Positions 13,196 through 25,400 of a DNA stretch of 64,000 nucleotides are shown piece by piece. The position numbers were made by a program, and so were the translations under genes. The stretch's first letter is position 1. Each line of letters starts with the position of its first letter. The notes below the pieces were generated by a model. It saw only the letters and a program-made list of their open reading frames with translations. It made no database searches and was not told where the DNA came from. Source of the stretch: Macrostomum hystrix (taxonomy: Eukaryota; Animalia; Platyhelminthes); contig CATNEN010000003.1 in assembly GCA_950097015.1 (NCBI GenBank), positions 14,880,001 through 14,944,000 of the forward strand, read 5' to 3'.

Positions 13196-14268
13196 TGGCC
13201 AAGATGTGCATGCTTCAGAAGGCTGCGTACAGCTGTTCAGTCCATGGACTGTAAGGCAAGGACCACTGTAGTATAACAGGACGGGAAACTCAAAGATCGT
13301 GTAAATTTTTAGAAGGCCGATTTCCTGGAAAAAATACACTGCGGAGATAGGAAAAAGTCATTTTTTCAGCACAAAATCAATTATTGCTTTTGATCTGGAG
13401 CAAGTTCAAATCCGTTAATCTTAGTACAGCATGCCCAACATTAAGCTCCATTGTTTTTATATAGCTTCGTTTATAAAAGTCTTATTTTCACATATATATA
13501 CTATATAATAGTGTCTTACAATATTCTAAATATTCTAATATTCTTAGCTAAATATTCTTAATTTGGCCTAAATTGTTTGAATTAACAAATTAGCTAAATA
13601 CTTTAGCAAAACTAACAGCCAAAAATTAATTAACTTACTTGGTTGCATTAAAATCATTTTGAAATTTGTTGTACCTTTATAGCTATATAGTTGCTACTGT
13701 TATATTAGTTAACTTTTTTGGCTGTTAGTTTTGCCAAACTATTTAGCTAATTTGTTAATTCAAACAACTTAGGCCAAAGTAAGAATATTTAGCTATCATA
13801 TTTTGAGCCATTAAATGTGCTAGTCTATAGTCTATACTCTATATACTCGTAGATTCAAGACACTATTATATAGTATATATATGTGAAAATAAGACTTTTA
13901 TAAACGAAGCTATATAAAAACAATGGAGCTTAATGTTGGGCATGCTGTACTAAGATTAACGGATTTGAACTTGCTCCAGATCAAAAGCAATAATTGATTT
14001 TGTGCTGAAAAAATGACTTTTTCCTATCTCCGCAGTGTATTTTTTCCAGGAAATCGGCCTTCTAAAAATTTACACGATCTTTGAGTTTCCCGTCCTGTTA
14101 TACTACAGTGGTCCTTGCTGTAAGGGTTGTCCATGTAATTGCTGACTGTACTGAAGCAATTCGGAGTTAAGTGTCTTGATGAATGACACAAATGATTCCG
14201 ATGGAGTCGGGAATCGAACCCCCGACCTACTATAGTCGTGAGCCCTACGCTCTAACCTACTACAACCC
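13196..14268 (-). mobile_element. SINE family B copy split by a foldback transposon
   Basis: Family-B 3' part at 13196-13256; CORE and tRNA head at 14126-14268. Confidence 0.8.
13257..14117. mobile_element. Non-autonomous foldback/TIR DNA transposon (P-element-like termini), 861 bp
   Basis: ~260-bp near-perfect TIRs starting CAAGGACCACTGTAGTA; second internal inverted repeat (~13546-13634 vs ~13708-13795); 8-bp TSD ctgtaagg at 13249-13256 and 14118-14125. Confidence 0.92.
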
Positions 14269-14414
14269 AATCGAACTCGTGGGTCTGAAGAATTAGAAAA
14301 TAAGAACACAAAAATTGTTTAAATTGGACAGCAGAAGGCAAAATAAGAATGTAGTTCAATTTGAGAACTATAGAGTAGATTAGACACAATTCGTAACTGT
14401 TCAGTGCTCGATGC

Positions 14415-16789
14415 TCAAATCAGTGTCTCCCTAGTTGCGTCGGCTTCAATGTGCGGCAAAGCAAGCGAAGAGTCACTCTGGTAGCCTTCTTCTCGAATTC
14501 TGCCTCGATTCCACAACTGCCGTTGCTGCAGTCTCGAATGCTGCACAATTCTTGGTCGCATTGTCTGACGTTGAACCGCTGCCGCTGCCTGTGGCGCCGT
14601 TCGCAGAAACGTCGACGGACTTGACTCTAGTCGGACAATTTCTGGCGGCGACGGCGGCGGCGGTTGACGCCAGGCAGACATTGGCAAAGGCGGCGAGGGC
14701 GGCATCAGCGGCGGCGGAGGCGTCGGCGGCGGCGGCGACAGACGGCGAACCTCGGGACAATGCCTGGGACAGTACATCCGACCGACTGATAAAGAGGTCG
14801 TTGTAAGCCTACGACGCGACGAATGCTGTGGCTGCTGATGATGATGGTGACGATTATCGTGCTGCTGAAGCTGAGGGTTAGTGAAATGCTAAACAGTAGA
14901 AAGACCACGTACAAGACCACGTACCACGTCGCTGCCTACACGATAGCTCCCAAATCAGAAGACCGATTTTTGTTAAAATCCTTAATACTTTTTCACCCTT
15001 TAAGATGAAATAACTTTCAAAGCCGACGTCCGACGTCAGCCTCCTCGGGATATTCAACGATTCTTGTCGAATACCCTGGTGTCTATCCATGTGGGTTAAA
15101 AATATAATAAATATAATATTAATCAGCAGTACTAGCCAACATGGTTACATGATGAAATATTTTGTGAGCAGAAAAATTATGCCATCATTTTTCTTGCCAC
15201 CAGGCACTAGGACGAGAATCGTTGAATATCACGACGACGCCGATGTTCTGTAATTTAAGCCAGTGGTCTGAGTTTCCATGGCGATTGGCAGAATATTTTG
15301 GGAGTTACCGAAAAATGATGAAGTGTGGGTATTTGAAATACTCTTTCTACTGTTTAATCATCGATATTTACGCACAGTTAGACAGTCCACATGTGATTAT
15401 AACATGTAGACTATGTTTTACCTTTTGGTTGCCCCGTTTTGGCTGCTGCTGCTGCTGCTGCTGCTGCTGCGTTCCCTTCAGCAGATGCAGATGCTGATGT
15501 CGATCCTTCCGTCGCCTCTTTGTCCCCTTCTCGCCGTCCGATCCCTCATCTTCTGGTCCAGACGAGTCGGCATTCGCGCCCGAAGTGGCAGCCGTGGCCA
15601 CACTGGCCGTGTCATCGTCGCAGTAGTCAACGCGGGCCTTCTGCAGGCTGGCCCTCTGCTTCTGGCTGGCAATCCGCAGCAGAATGATGTCGCACAGCAT
15701 GGATGAGAGGCCGAACAGAGCCAGGCCGCTGCCCATATTCATGGACAGGCTATAGAAACTGAATCGGCCTCCTTCTCCAGAGACTGACACGAAGATCTTG
15801 ATGCCGTAGGCGTGCACCAGCATGCGCCGATCCTCGCCTTCGCTGCGATAATTGTAGGCGTACTGGACCGAGAAGCCCTGGGTGTCCGTGCCGCGCCCGG
15901 TGTCCAGCTCACGGAAATGATAATTCGGCAGGCAGCGCTCGTCCGGCAGATCGAAGTTGCACTGCCAGGAGATGTCGACTCCGATGGCTCCGCCGACTCG
16001 GTAGATGTCCTCCGACGCTTTGGCATCTCCTGTGGCGTAGTGCAGGATGTCTCCGAGGCGAAACACCGGGCAATAAGTGAAATTCGGATGCGTCTGCTGG
16101 TACAGACAGGTGTGCAAATATTCGCTGGTCATCCAGTCGAGAATGTTTCTCCGCTTCTTGTCGAATGCGCGAAAATCGACGCTGTTCTTCAGCAAGATGG
16201 TGAAATTTCTCGCCCTAGTCAGGACGGCAGCGCCAGGCAGTTGGAAATTGTCTTCTGTTAGCAGCGGACACCAGCCGTAGGACATGCAGGTGTGAGTGCT
16301 GGTGTTGCAGACACCGTTGCGACGTCCAAAATCACCGATGCTGCCAACCGAACAGTCGCTGTCCCAGTAGCAGTGCCCGTTGCGTTCTGGACAAAGCGCC
16401 ATCGACTGTCGGTCAGTCACTCGCGCGTTCGTTGTTATGAAGATGGCGCCGTTCATGATTGGCGGTATGATGTAGTCGGCGGCGTCCCACACCCTCGCCC
16501 CGCTGTCCCAGTCGTCGCTCTTGTTGACAAAGTCCAGACCTTTGACTTTGAACACGACGCCACCTTCTGGTGTCTCCTTGACCTGGTAGCCCTTCTTGTG
16601 CCAGATGATGTAGAATAGAAAGTACACAATGACAGACAGTTGAACGCTGCGATAAAAGAGGCCGAATTTCACGCTGCGAATGACCACCACTTTCTGGAGC
16701 TTGTACTCAAAGAAGCCCGCGAGCATGTTCTGTAGAAATCGACTGCCCTGAAAGGCCCTGCGGCCCTGCTGCTGTGGCTGCTGCTCCAT
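14415..16789 (-). CDS. P2X-family (ATP-gated channel family) receptor, ~607 aa. Exons 16789-15422 and 14870-14415 (Pro/His/Gln-rich tail)
   Basis: TM1 followed by KKGYQ, FKVKG, RVWDAADY, 10 ectodomain Cys, NFTILLKN, YCPVFRLGD, YGI, GSGLALFG...CD in TM2. Donor aag|gtaaaa and acceptor ccctcag|ctt are both phase 0. Confidence 0.92.
14925..15342. mobile_element. Palindromic MITE-like repeat, family D, in the P2X intron
   Basis: Internal inverted repeat (gatattcaacgattct / agaatcgttgaatatc). Homologous segments at ~17690-17800, 44140-44580, 48005-48211 and ~61650. Confidence 0.6.
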
Positions 16790-18589
16790 ATCGAGTGTCA
16801 GTATCTCGAAATCGATTTGAATCTGATCTTAGTAGGGATTAGGAATGCGGATGGAATCAGGAAACTGTTTTTTTATAAGCTAGACTTGCTTTCTCGACGC
16901 AAGAAAAGCAATAGCTTCTCGCTCGAATTTGATTGGCCAGGAAGCTGTGTGTATAATCTTCTTGCCTCATTGGTCGATTCTTGCACTTGTAGACCTCGAC
17001 TTTGTATCCGCATGACTTCATCGTGCATAGAGATGTCTGAGTGATTTAATTAATTGTCGACTGTCACTTAAAATCTTGCGTCGATGACCTTGTCCTTCTG
17101 CGAGATTAGCAACTAGCTGCCGATATGTATCGAAAAACTCATATTAATTTGTATCCTAGGATTTTATAAATAAGGGAACCATGTTTCAACAAATGATGTC
17201 AGGAAACATGCAGGGATTATCTCCCGTTTTCCCTGGATTAGCTCAAAATGAGAGGCCTAGCTCCATCCATTTGATGCTAGTTTTTGAAGTTTCATGCAGA
17301 CCATTTAGAATCTAGATCCTCTTCTCGATCGGGACTCATTTAAAACAAATCATGAGTTTGAAGCTGATTGATGAATATCGAGCAACCCTGCAGGCTATTA
17401 TAGCGGCAATTTTACTAGAAATCAGAAGTCCAATGCAGATTAGACCGATGTCATTTTCAGATGCATTATCTGGGAAGAAATCTCTCGCAGACGAAAAAAC
17501 AAAAAACGCTCTACTTTAGAGATTAAACGAAGATTTAAGAGTCTCGTAGTTAGTTAAACCAAGTTTTCGTGGTTTTGGTATTCAATTCATTCCTTTCGAT
17601 TTCAGCTGTAAGATGCAATTTACCAGTATAACAGTATAATAAAGTAGATGCACTTTAAAATTGATTTGACCAATCGCAATGAAAATCATGGGCTAAATTT
17701 TCCGCTCAATCCGATGAAACAACTTCTACGAGCATAGAATCACAAAACACCGCCATCGTATAGACATCTCGTCGATTCTCGTCGTCGCGATCTGGGCCAT
17801 AGGTCGAATTAGGTCACAAATCACTAGAAATAAACAAAAGTAAATAAAACTAATTCCGTAGAATTTTTTTTCATTTTTTAATAATAAAACTTTCAATCAC
17901 TTTGTTAGTTTTATAGAGAAGAAGTGAAGGATTAGCGTGCAACTTTACAATGTCCTTGATTAACCGAATTCTCCCATGAAATAAACTTGAAAAAAAACGT
18001 TCCTTAACTTTAGAGTAAAAAACTGGAATTCGGATTATTGAGAAACGTGCTCAGGGCACTCAAGTTCTTGAAAAAAGAAGAGTTCTGGCTTCTTCAGGTC
18101 TCTAATTGCAATTCTGAGACCTAAGGTAGAAGTTCATCGAACTGACGCTATTTTAATGAGAAAATTTCTTTGACAAAAAAACCGACCGCTTACTCATGGT
18201 ACTGTCATTAACAACACGAAAGGTGAACAGGACTGTGAAAGCTCAGAAACTGCTACGAATAAACAACGGCGCTATTAAACGTATTTTTTAACGATGGAGT
18301 GCTTGAAATTTACTGGTATTGATAAGTAAAAATTACAGCAATGCTATGTGTACTGTCATGATGATAATCTAATGTTGTAAGTAAAAATATTTAGTGGTTA
18401 TAACCGAAAAAATATTCCTTATTGAAATCTTATGTCTTTTTTAATTTGACTGGTTAAACAAAAATGAGTAAAATGGAGGTTTTGAAAAAACCTTTGACGT
18501 CTCTTTAAAGCGTTTCATCTGTCTCAAATTTTGAGAACATCAATTGCTAGTTATGTTTAAAGGGGGACCTGGAATATAGGTAATCTCTA

Positions 18590-19010
18590 CTCTGTCTCAT
18601 CCTTCCCGTGTTTTATCTCTCTTTTGTCCCAACTCTCCCGTGTCTCATCCCTCCCCTGTCTCTCTCCCCTGTCCAATCTCTTCCGTGTATCATCTCTGCC
18701 CTGTCTTGTCTCTCCCCAGCCTCATCTCCCCAGCCTCATCTCCCCAGCCTCATCTCGCCAGCCTCATTTCCCCTGTCTCATCCCTTCCCTGTCTCATCCC
18801 TCCCCTGTCTCTCTCCCCTGTCCAATCTCTTCCGTGTATCATCTCTGCCCTGTCTTGTCTCTCCCCAGCCTCATCTCCCCAGCCTCATCTCGCCAGCCTC
18901 ATCTCCCCTGTCTCATCCCTTCCCTGTCTCATCTCTCCCCTGTCTTATCTCTTCCCTGTATTATCTCTCTGTCTTAACTCGTATTATCTCTCCCTTATCT
19001 CATCTATTCA
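18590..19010. repeat. Pyrimidine-rich minisatellite (cctgtctcatctctcc-type); related tracts at 19645-19715, ~48340 and 59640-59782
   Basis: Directly visible low-complexity tandem units. Confidence 0.85.
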
Positions 19011-19214
19011 CACCCAATTCACTGTCTTCCTTTGTATTATTTCTTCAATTCGCTTAATTTCATAATGGTACCACCACCCCACCACCCCCTGCTTAAATCA
19101 CTCGGATTAAAATTATTGTCTCAAACGATTGAAAACCACTCGAGAAAAAATATTTCTGAAAAAAAGGTTTGAAGAGAAAAATCTTTTACCAAAGCGAGTT
19201 AGTGACGCAAGTTT

Positions 19215-20412
19215 TCACACCTCCTTGGCTCTGTTAAGCCTCACGGCGGCTCGACCAATCGCGGCATTCAAAACTAGGGCTCCGGTGCCGATAAGAGAAC
19301 GAGCTCGGCTCCGATTGGCCCGGTTCGTCGAGGCGTGGTTGTACACCGTTGGAGATTGCTTACCATTCTCTATGGGCAGCACAGGTGTTCCACCAGCCGC
19401 CGTCTTCATCTTGTACTCCAGAAGACTGTCGTTTTCCTTGTCTTCTTCTGGTGCTGCTGCTTTCTTCATCGCTATCTTTGAGCTAGCTTTGCTTTCTTTG
19501 GTGATGCCCGTCGAGTCGTGCAGAATGGTAGAAACGACTCGGGACCCGTTTACTTCGGCCATAAATGTCTGCGGATATTGATTGATTGATTAGAATTATT
19601 GCAACATATGCCCTGTGTGCCCAATTTAGGATCTCTCGACCCAAGGGAGAGATGAGACTCAGGAGAGATGAGACACGGGAGGGCTAAGGCACGGGAGAGA
19701 TGAGAGGCGGGATACGGGGCAGAGCTAGTTGATCTGTGAAACTCACCTCGTACTTCCCTTCGTTAATCTTTCGCACCAGTCGGACCCTGCGGCCCTGACT
19801 GTCTATGGCAAACTCCGGCCAAGCCTCATAGCTGTCAGCAGTGGCCGCGGAGTAGGAGCGTCTCAGTAGGGCTTGTGAGCGACGCTTAATTGGCGTAGTT
19901 GCGTAATAGGCTATCAGATCGACAACCTGCTTGAATCGACGACTTGAGTACAGGTAGTATCCATCGCTGCTTTCCTTAACTAGATAGTGCTTCACACTAG
20001 AAGCAGTCTGTTCCTTGCAAGATTGTCTACCTAGACTAATTCTAGACAGAAGATTAAATATCGAGGCTCGCTTGCCATTTGAGTCGTTGGCATCCCTCAC
20101 AATGCTAATAGCATATCGTTCTGGCCTACTGTGACACGGTCTTAGCAGGTAAGTTCCGCTTGAATAGTTTCCGTTCTGCAGCAGGTCGTTGGCTTGATCC
20201 CTGGTACAGTCGATCCAGCAGTCCAACGATTCTGCGGCTTCTGTAATTGAGAAATGCAGCATCGTGTCTCGCGGTGGCAGCGGCGGCGGCGGCGTCTGCT
20301 GAGCCGTCTTAGACATCCGGGTGCTCAGGATCACAATTGCCCTACACCGATAGTCGATCATCGACGTTGGCCTTGGTGGCAGCTTCGGTGGAATTTCATC
20401 GTCCTTGTCCAT
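19215..20412 (-). CDS. SH2-domain adaptor-like protein, ~339 aa, with Pro-rich N-terminus and a relic of a Src-type kinase N-lobe. Exons 20412-19747 and 19568-19215
   Basis: SH2 motifs W...TRDQANDLL, GTYLLRPC, YAISI, VKHYLV, F..VVDLIAYY; PPKLPPR and PPPLPPR motifs; phase-0 GT-AG junction gag|gtgagt ... ccgcag|aca. Confidence 0.8.
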
Positions 20413-22419
20413 GATGGATGATTGCTTTCAAAACGCCGCTCGTATTTTCTTAGTAAATACCTATAAGAACTGTTCTAGAACCATTGGAATTTGTTGGTGT
20501 TTCCGTTTAAACTAGAAAATTTCTGCTATATAAAATGCGTCATTAGATTACATTTTACATTTGACTGTGTAAACACTATACAGTTAGCATAGGACCCATA
20601 GTGTCACAGCCAGCAATCAACAGGTCAGTATTTGGCTGACATATCAATGTCGTTTGATCTATGAAACTTGAGAGAGAGAGAGAGACTGACTAATCGTTTG
20701 ATTCCAACACAGCTACAAGGTTTCTGCAGTTTGTTTACAGAATTAACTAGATTAACACAGTCGAGATCGAGTCCTGTACTGCACAGCTTGTGTGTCGTCA
20801 GTGGATGAAGATCAATGTATTTGCATAGGGGTATAACTCGCGCTTCCAATCGTTTATGCTACGATAATGAACAAATAGACTGTTAGTTATTGTTCTTTCC
20901 GTGAGAGGATTTATGCTTCGCGTTTTGTTATTTGAAAAAGAGCAGAAAGCACAAATTCATATACTTCCTTTCGTTTGAAGGAAAATACTGGTCAAGTAGT
21001 ATAATTATTTACATCCTTCGTGTTGAAAAAGATGTAAGCAAATTTTTGCTAATAGGAGAATAGAGCAAAGTAGAAAGGATGAGAAGGTGCAGAGAAGAGT
21101 GAGTGAAAGCTTTGGTACGGACTTAGGAGGTCATATTAAAGCATCATTATATAAACACTAATCATTATAAAATCAAAATGCTAATTAACAGTAGAACTAC
21201 CAAGGGGCCCCTGACAATTTTTTGTGCTGCACCCGAACGGAGCAACGCAAGCACACGAAACTCAAGAACATAGACCAATTTTGTCCCAGCAGAAAAATTT
21301 TCAGACCGTCGAGATATTCAATGTTTCTGGCCGAAGGTCAGATTTTTCCAATCAGCGCTAGTGTATTTCATACACCCATGTACACGAATTTGCACTGCGC
21401 CTCAGTGCGGCCTTGCCAGGCCTTCAAAATTTATCAGCATGTCACCCGAGTGTGCCTGCATCATCTCCGTCTTCGGTGGTCACCTCACCTACCTTTATCT
21501 AGACGGATTTGCTGGACCTTCAAAGGCTGCAACAGGTGGAACTAGGCCACTATGGACACCCTGACGCGAATTTCTCCAATCTCACTGATCAAGCCTAAAT
21601 ATTAGGGCATCTCAACCACAGGACACCATCGTCTAGTCTGTCAACCAATCAGTCACCAGCCAACGCTGTTAGCATTCAGGCGCTGCCAAAAAATTTCATG
21701 GGGGGGCGAAACGCCTTGGTATAAAAATTCACCTTGGCGATATACACAAGGTGATATATATAAAGATTCATTCACCTTGGCGGCAAAATGGCTTGATAGT
21801 CCTACTGTAAAAAGCGCATTGCCAACTGAACAACTATCAAGGCGTCAATTTAAAAAATTGACGTCACAAAAATATGTTTCCATAAATGATTATTCTCTAT
21901 TTTTATCTTTATAAAGCCACAATTATTTATAAGTTCTTCATCGCATTGTTCTAAACTATTGAGAAACCGATTTAAAACTCACCCTAGACACACTACATGT
22001 CCGCTCTTCAATATTTCAGAAACTTTTAGCTCCAGTTTAAGTCGGTTTTTATTGTTTGAAATACACAGAAACTGGGCGGTACATTCCGCTTGTATCCACA
22101 CAGGGCCGATTCCTACTGAGAAACACCCACCTACCTAAAATAGAAGCTGTATAGACGGCTATTGTACTGACAAGAGCCTACTAAATCATAGCCGACGTGC
22201 TTTGGAGGCCACAACAATGCTAGCGCGTATCGTCTGTGCTCAATATCTAATTTTTCTGCTCCAACCAGTTTTATTAATATCATCGTCTCTCTTACCTTTC
22301 TATCTCTCCTCTGTCTCTCTGTATTTAATTATCTACAATTTTCTTTTCAGACTTCGAAGGTGCATATAATAAATAATCAAGTGCTCTTTCTTGACGTTAG
22401 TCATTTTCAACCAGTCGCG

Positions 22420-25400
22420 ATGTCTGCCAAAATGAACGATGCGCCGTGGAGGAAGCGACGAAAACCAATTTCCCGAACAACAACAAGAAAAAGAAGGTGA
22501 GATTTACAAATAAATAAATATATTTTAATCCTTTCAATTTCTGAAAGCTATAAGTCACGAAGTCCACAAAGTACATGCTTCACATAACCAAGATTGTACA
22601 TGTTTCACATAACCAATATTGTACATGTTTCACATAACCAATATTGTACATGTTTCACATAACCAATATTGTACATGTTTCACATAACCAATATTGTACA
22701 TGTTTCACATAACCAATATTGTACATGTTTCACATAACCAATATTGTACATGTTTCACATAACCAAGATTGAATACACATTAAGTAGGCTATCTCAAACT
22801 CTACTTTGCTTTGACTGACTTTTACGTAGCTAATCTAGTATATATTCACGATACTAACCCATACTTAAATTAAGTAAATGACAAAATTCAAACAAAAACA
22901 TTTCAGTCGTCAACCAAGTCACTTAGCGTTCTCAGCAAGCTCAGACGGTTCAACTCTACATTCAATTCTGCAATCGCTGCTAACTCTCTATAGTTTATTG
23001 GCACTCACGCTTGGTGTTGTGGTGCCAATTAGTGACGCACTGGCTAAACCCGTGGCGCATGCCGACCATCGACAGGTTTGTAGCCAATCAGAATCGTTGA
23101 ATTACTGCCAGTACTCTAGGTGAGAGGGTTCTAACCAATAGGAGAGGACGCAGGGTAGCGAAGCTCATGGGAAAGAGCGTGAGAGGGTTCTAGCCAATCG
23201 GAGAGGACGCGGGGTAGCGAAGTTCATGGAAAAGGGGTGAGAGGGTTCTAGCCAATCGGAGAAGAGGCAGAGTATTGAATGGGAAAAGGAACACGGCAGT
23301 CTTCTATTTTTCTCACATTTCAGCTATTCTACATCTTTATGCATTCCGTTGGCCTAATTGGTATAGTGTACATGAACTGTCTTATCTCTTACTATGGCAG
23401 CAAGGCTAGTAAAAATAGCAAGACTGGTCATCTAGATGATCTTGCATCGCCATGTGGTGTCACCACCGTCACGACTGTGAAGTACTTTCCAGCTATATCT
23501 AGCCAAATTAATAATACGGCTTCTGCCGATACAACGAATGACGAAGCGGAAAGGCCGGCGACATTGGCCATAGAAGCTGATGATGACGTCATCATTCCAG
23601 ACTCTTCCGTAACGGTTGAGGGCGTTGAAGAGCCCGAAGAAGAGGTTCGTAGACCAAAAAATTTAGTGCACCGATTTATCGAGCGTCTGAGAAGAGGAAG
23701 TAGACAGATGACCGATTTGCGCCGGGCTAGACGTGAGATCTCGAAGCAGAAGAGGCGTTTAACAGCTTGTAAGTTCACGTACCCTCACCTTTGTGCGTTA
23801 TTTATCTTTTAGAAAGTTTTTACATCAAATCGTGTACTTAGATAGTCAAATATTATAAGCTGTTGGTCTTATCTTGTTATAGGTCTAATCATGTACCATT
23901 ATCGTTGAATCTTGTACCATCATCGTCGAATCTTGTACCATCATCGTCGAATCTTGTACCATCATCGTCGAATCTTGTACCATCATCGTCGAATCTTGTA
24001 CCATCATCGTTAAATCTTGTACCAATTATCGTCGAATCTTCTTGTACCATTTTCTTCAAATCTTGTACCATAATTGTCCGATCTTGTACCATCATGGTTG
24101 AATCTTCTTGTACCATCATGGTTGAATCTTCTAGTACCATCATGGTTGAATCTTCTTGTACCATCATGGTTGAATCTTCTTGTACCATCATGGTTGAATC
24201 TTCTTGTACCATCAAGGTTGAATCTTCTTGTACCATCATGCTTGAATCTTCTTTTACCATCATGGTTGAATCTTCTTGTACCATCATGGTTGAATCTTCT
24301 TGTACCATCATGGTTGAATCTTCTTTTACCATCATGGTTGAATCTTTTTGTACCATCATGGTTGAATCTTCTTGTACCATCATGGTTGAATCTTCTTTTA
24401 CCATCATGGTTGAATCTTCTTGTACCATCATGGTTGAATCTTCTTTTACCATCATGGTTGAATCTTCTTTTACCATCATGCTTGAATCTTCTTTTACCAT
24501 CATGCTTGAATCTTATTGTACCATAATTGTCCAATATTGTACCACCATCGTCGAATCTGGTACCATCATCGTCGAATCTTGTACCACCATCATTGAATGT
24601 TTTACCATAAATCGTCAAATCTTGTACACCATCATCCTTGAATCTTGTACCATCATCGCTGAAACTTTTACCATCATTGTCGAATCGTGTACCATCATTG
24701 TCGAATATTGTAGCATCATCGTCAAATCTTGTACCATCATCCTTGAATCTTGTACCAATTATCGTTGAATCTTCTTGTACCATCATCGTCAAATACTGTA
24801 CCATAATTGTCCAATCTTGTACCACCATCGTTGATTCTTGTATCATTATTGTCGAATTTTGTACCATGATCGTTAAATCTTGTCCCAATCTAAGAATAAA
24901 ATATATTTATAGTTGAATCATTCCGAGCAGGAGATATCTATAAAATAATCTTATTCCTCTATGCTCATTCCCAGATCCGGATGCATCAGCGGTTGGTGAT
25001 CAGTGGAGAATATTGTGGTCAGCCGCTGGAGTTAATCTTTACCTCAGATTTGGTGCAATAAGTGAGTAGCATTACAGCTAGTGTTGAATTTAAGTTCAAA
25101 GTTAATAGCGGTAGTTCATTAAACAATTATCGCACTGTTCAATGATCAGTTTTTGGCTTCGGCGTCATGGCTCACATTGGCTTCAAGATCGTTGACGCCC
25201 TTCGTAGGCAAGGCAGCGAGCGCTGCTTTGGTCCGTGGTTTCTGCCTAGGCACATCATCGACCTGCTCTTCATTTTGGTGCAGACCTACTTCCTATTTAA
25301 GCACCACAAGGTTATACATTATAAAATTATTGAACTGCTTCTATAGAAATCGACTAATCAATTGAACTCTATAATAATAAAAACAATCGAATTTCAGGTG

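Noticed and set aside
14435-14806. Ala-rich plus-strand ORF as a separate gene or neuropeptide precursor
   Set aside because: It is the antisense shadow of the Pro-rich terminal P2X exon; it has no ATG or signal peptide.
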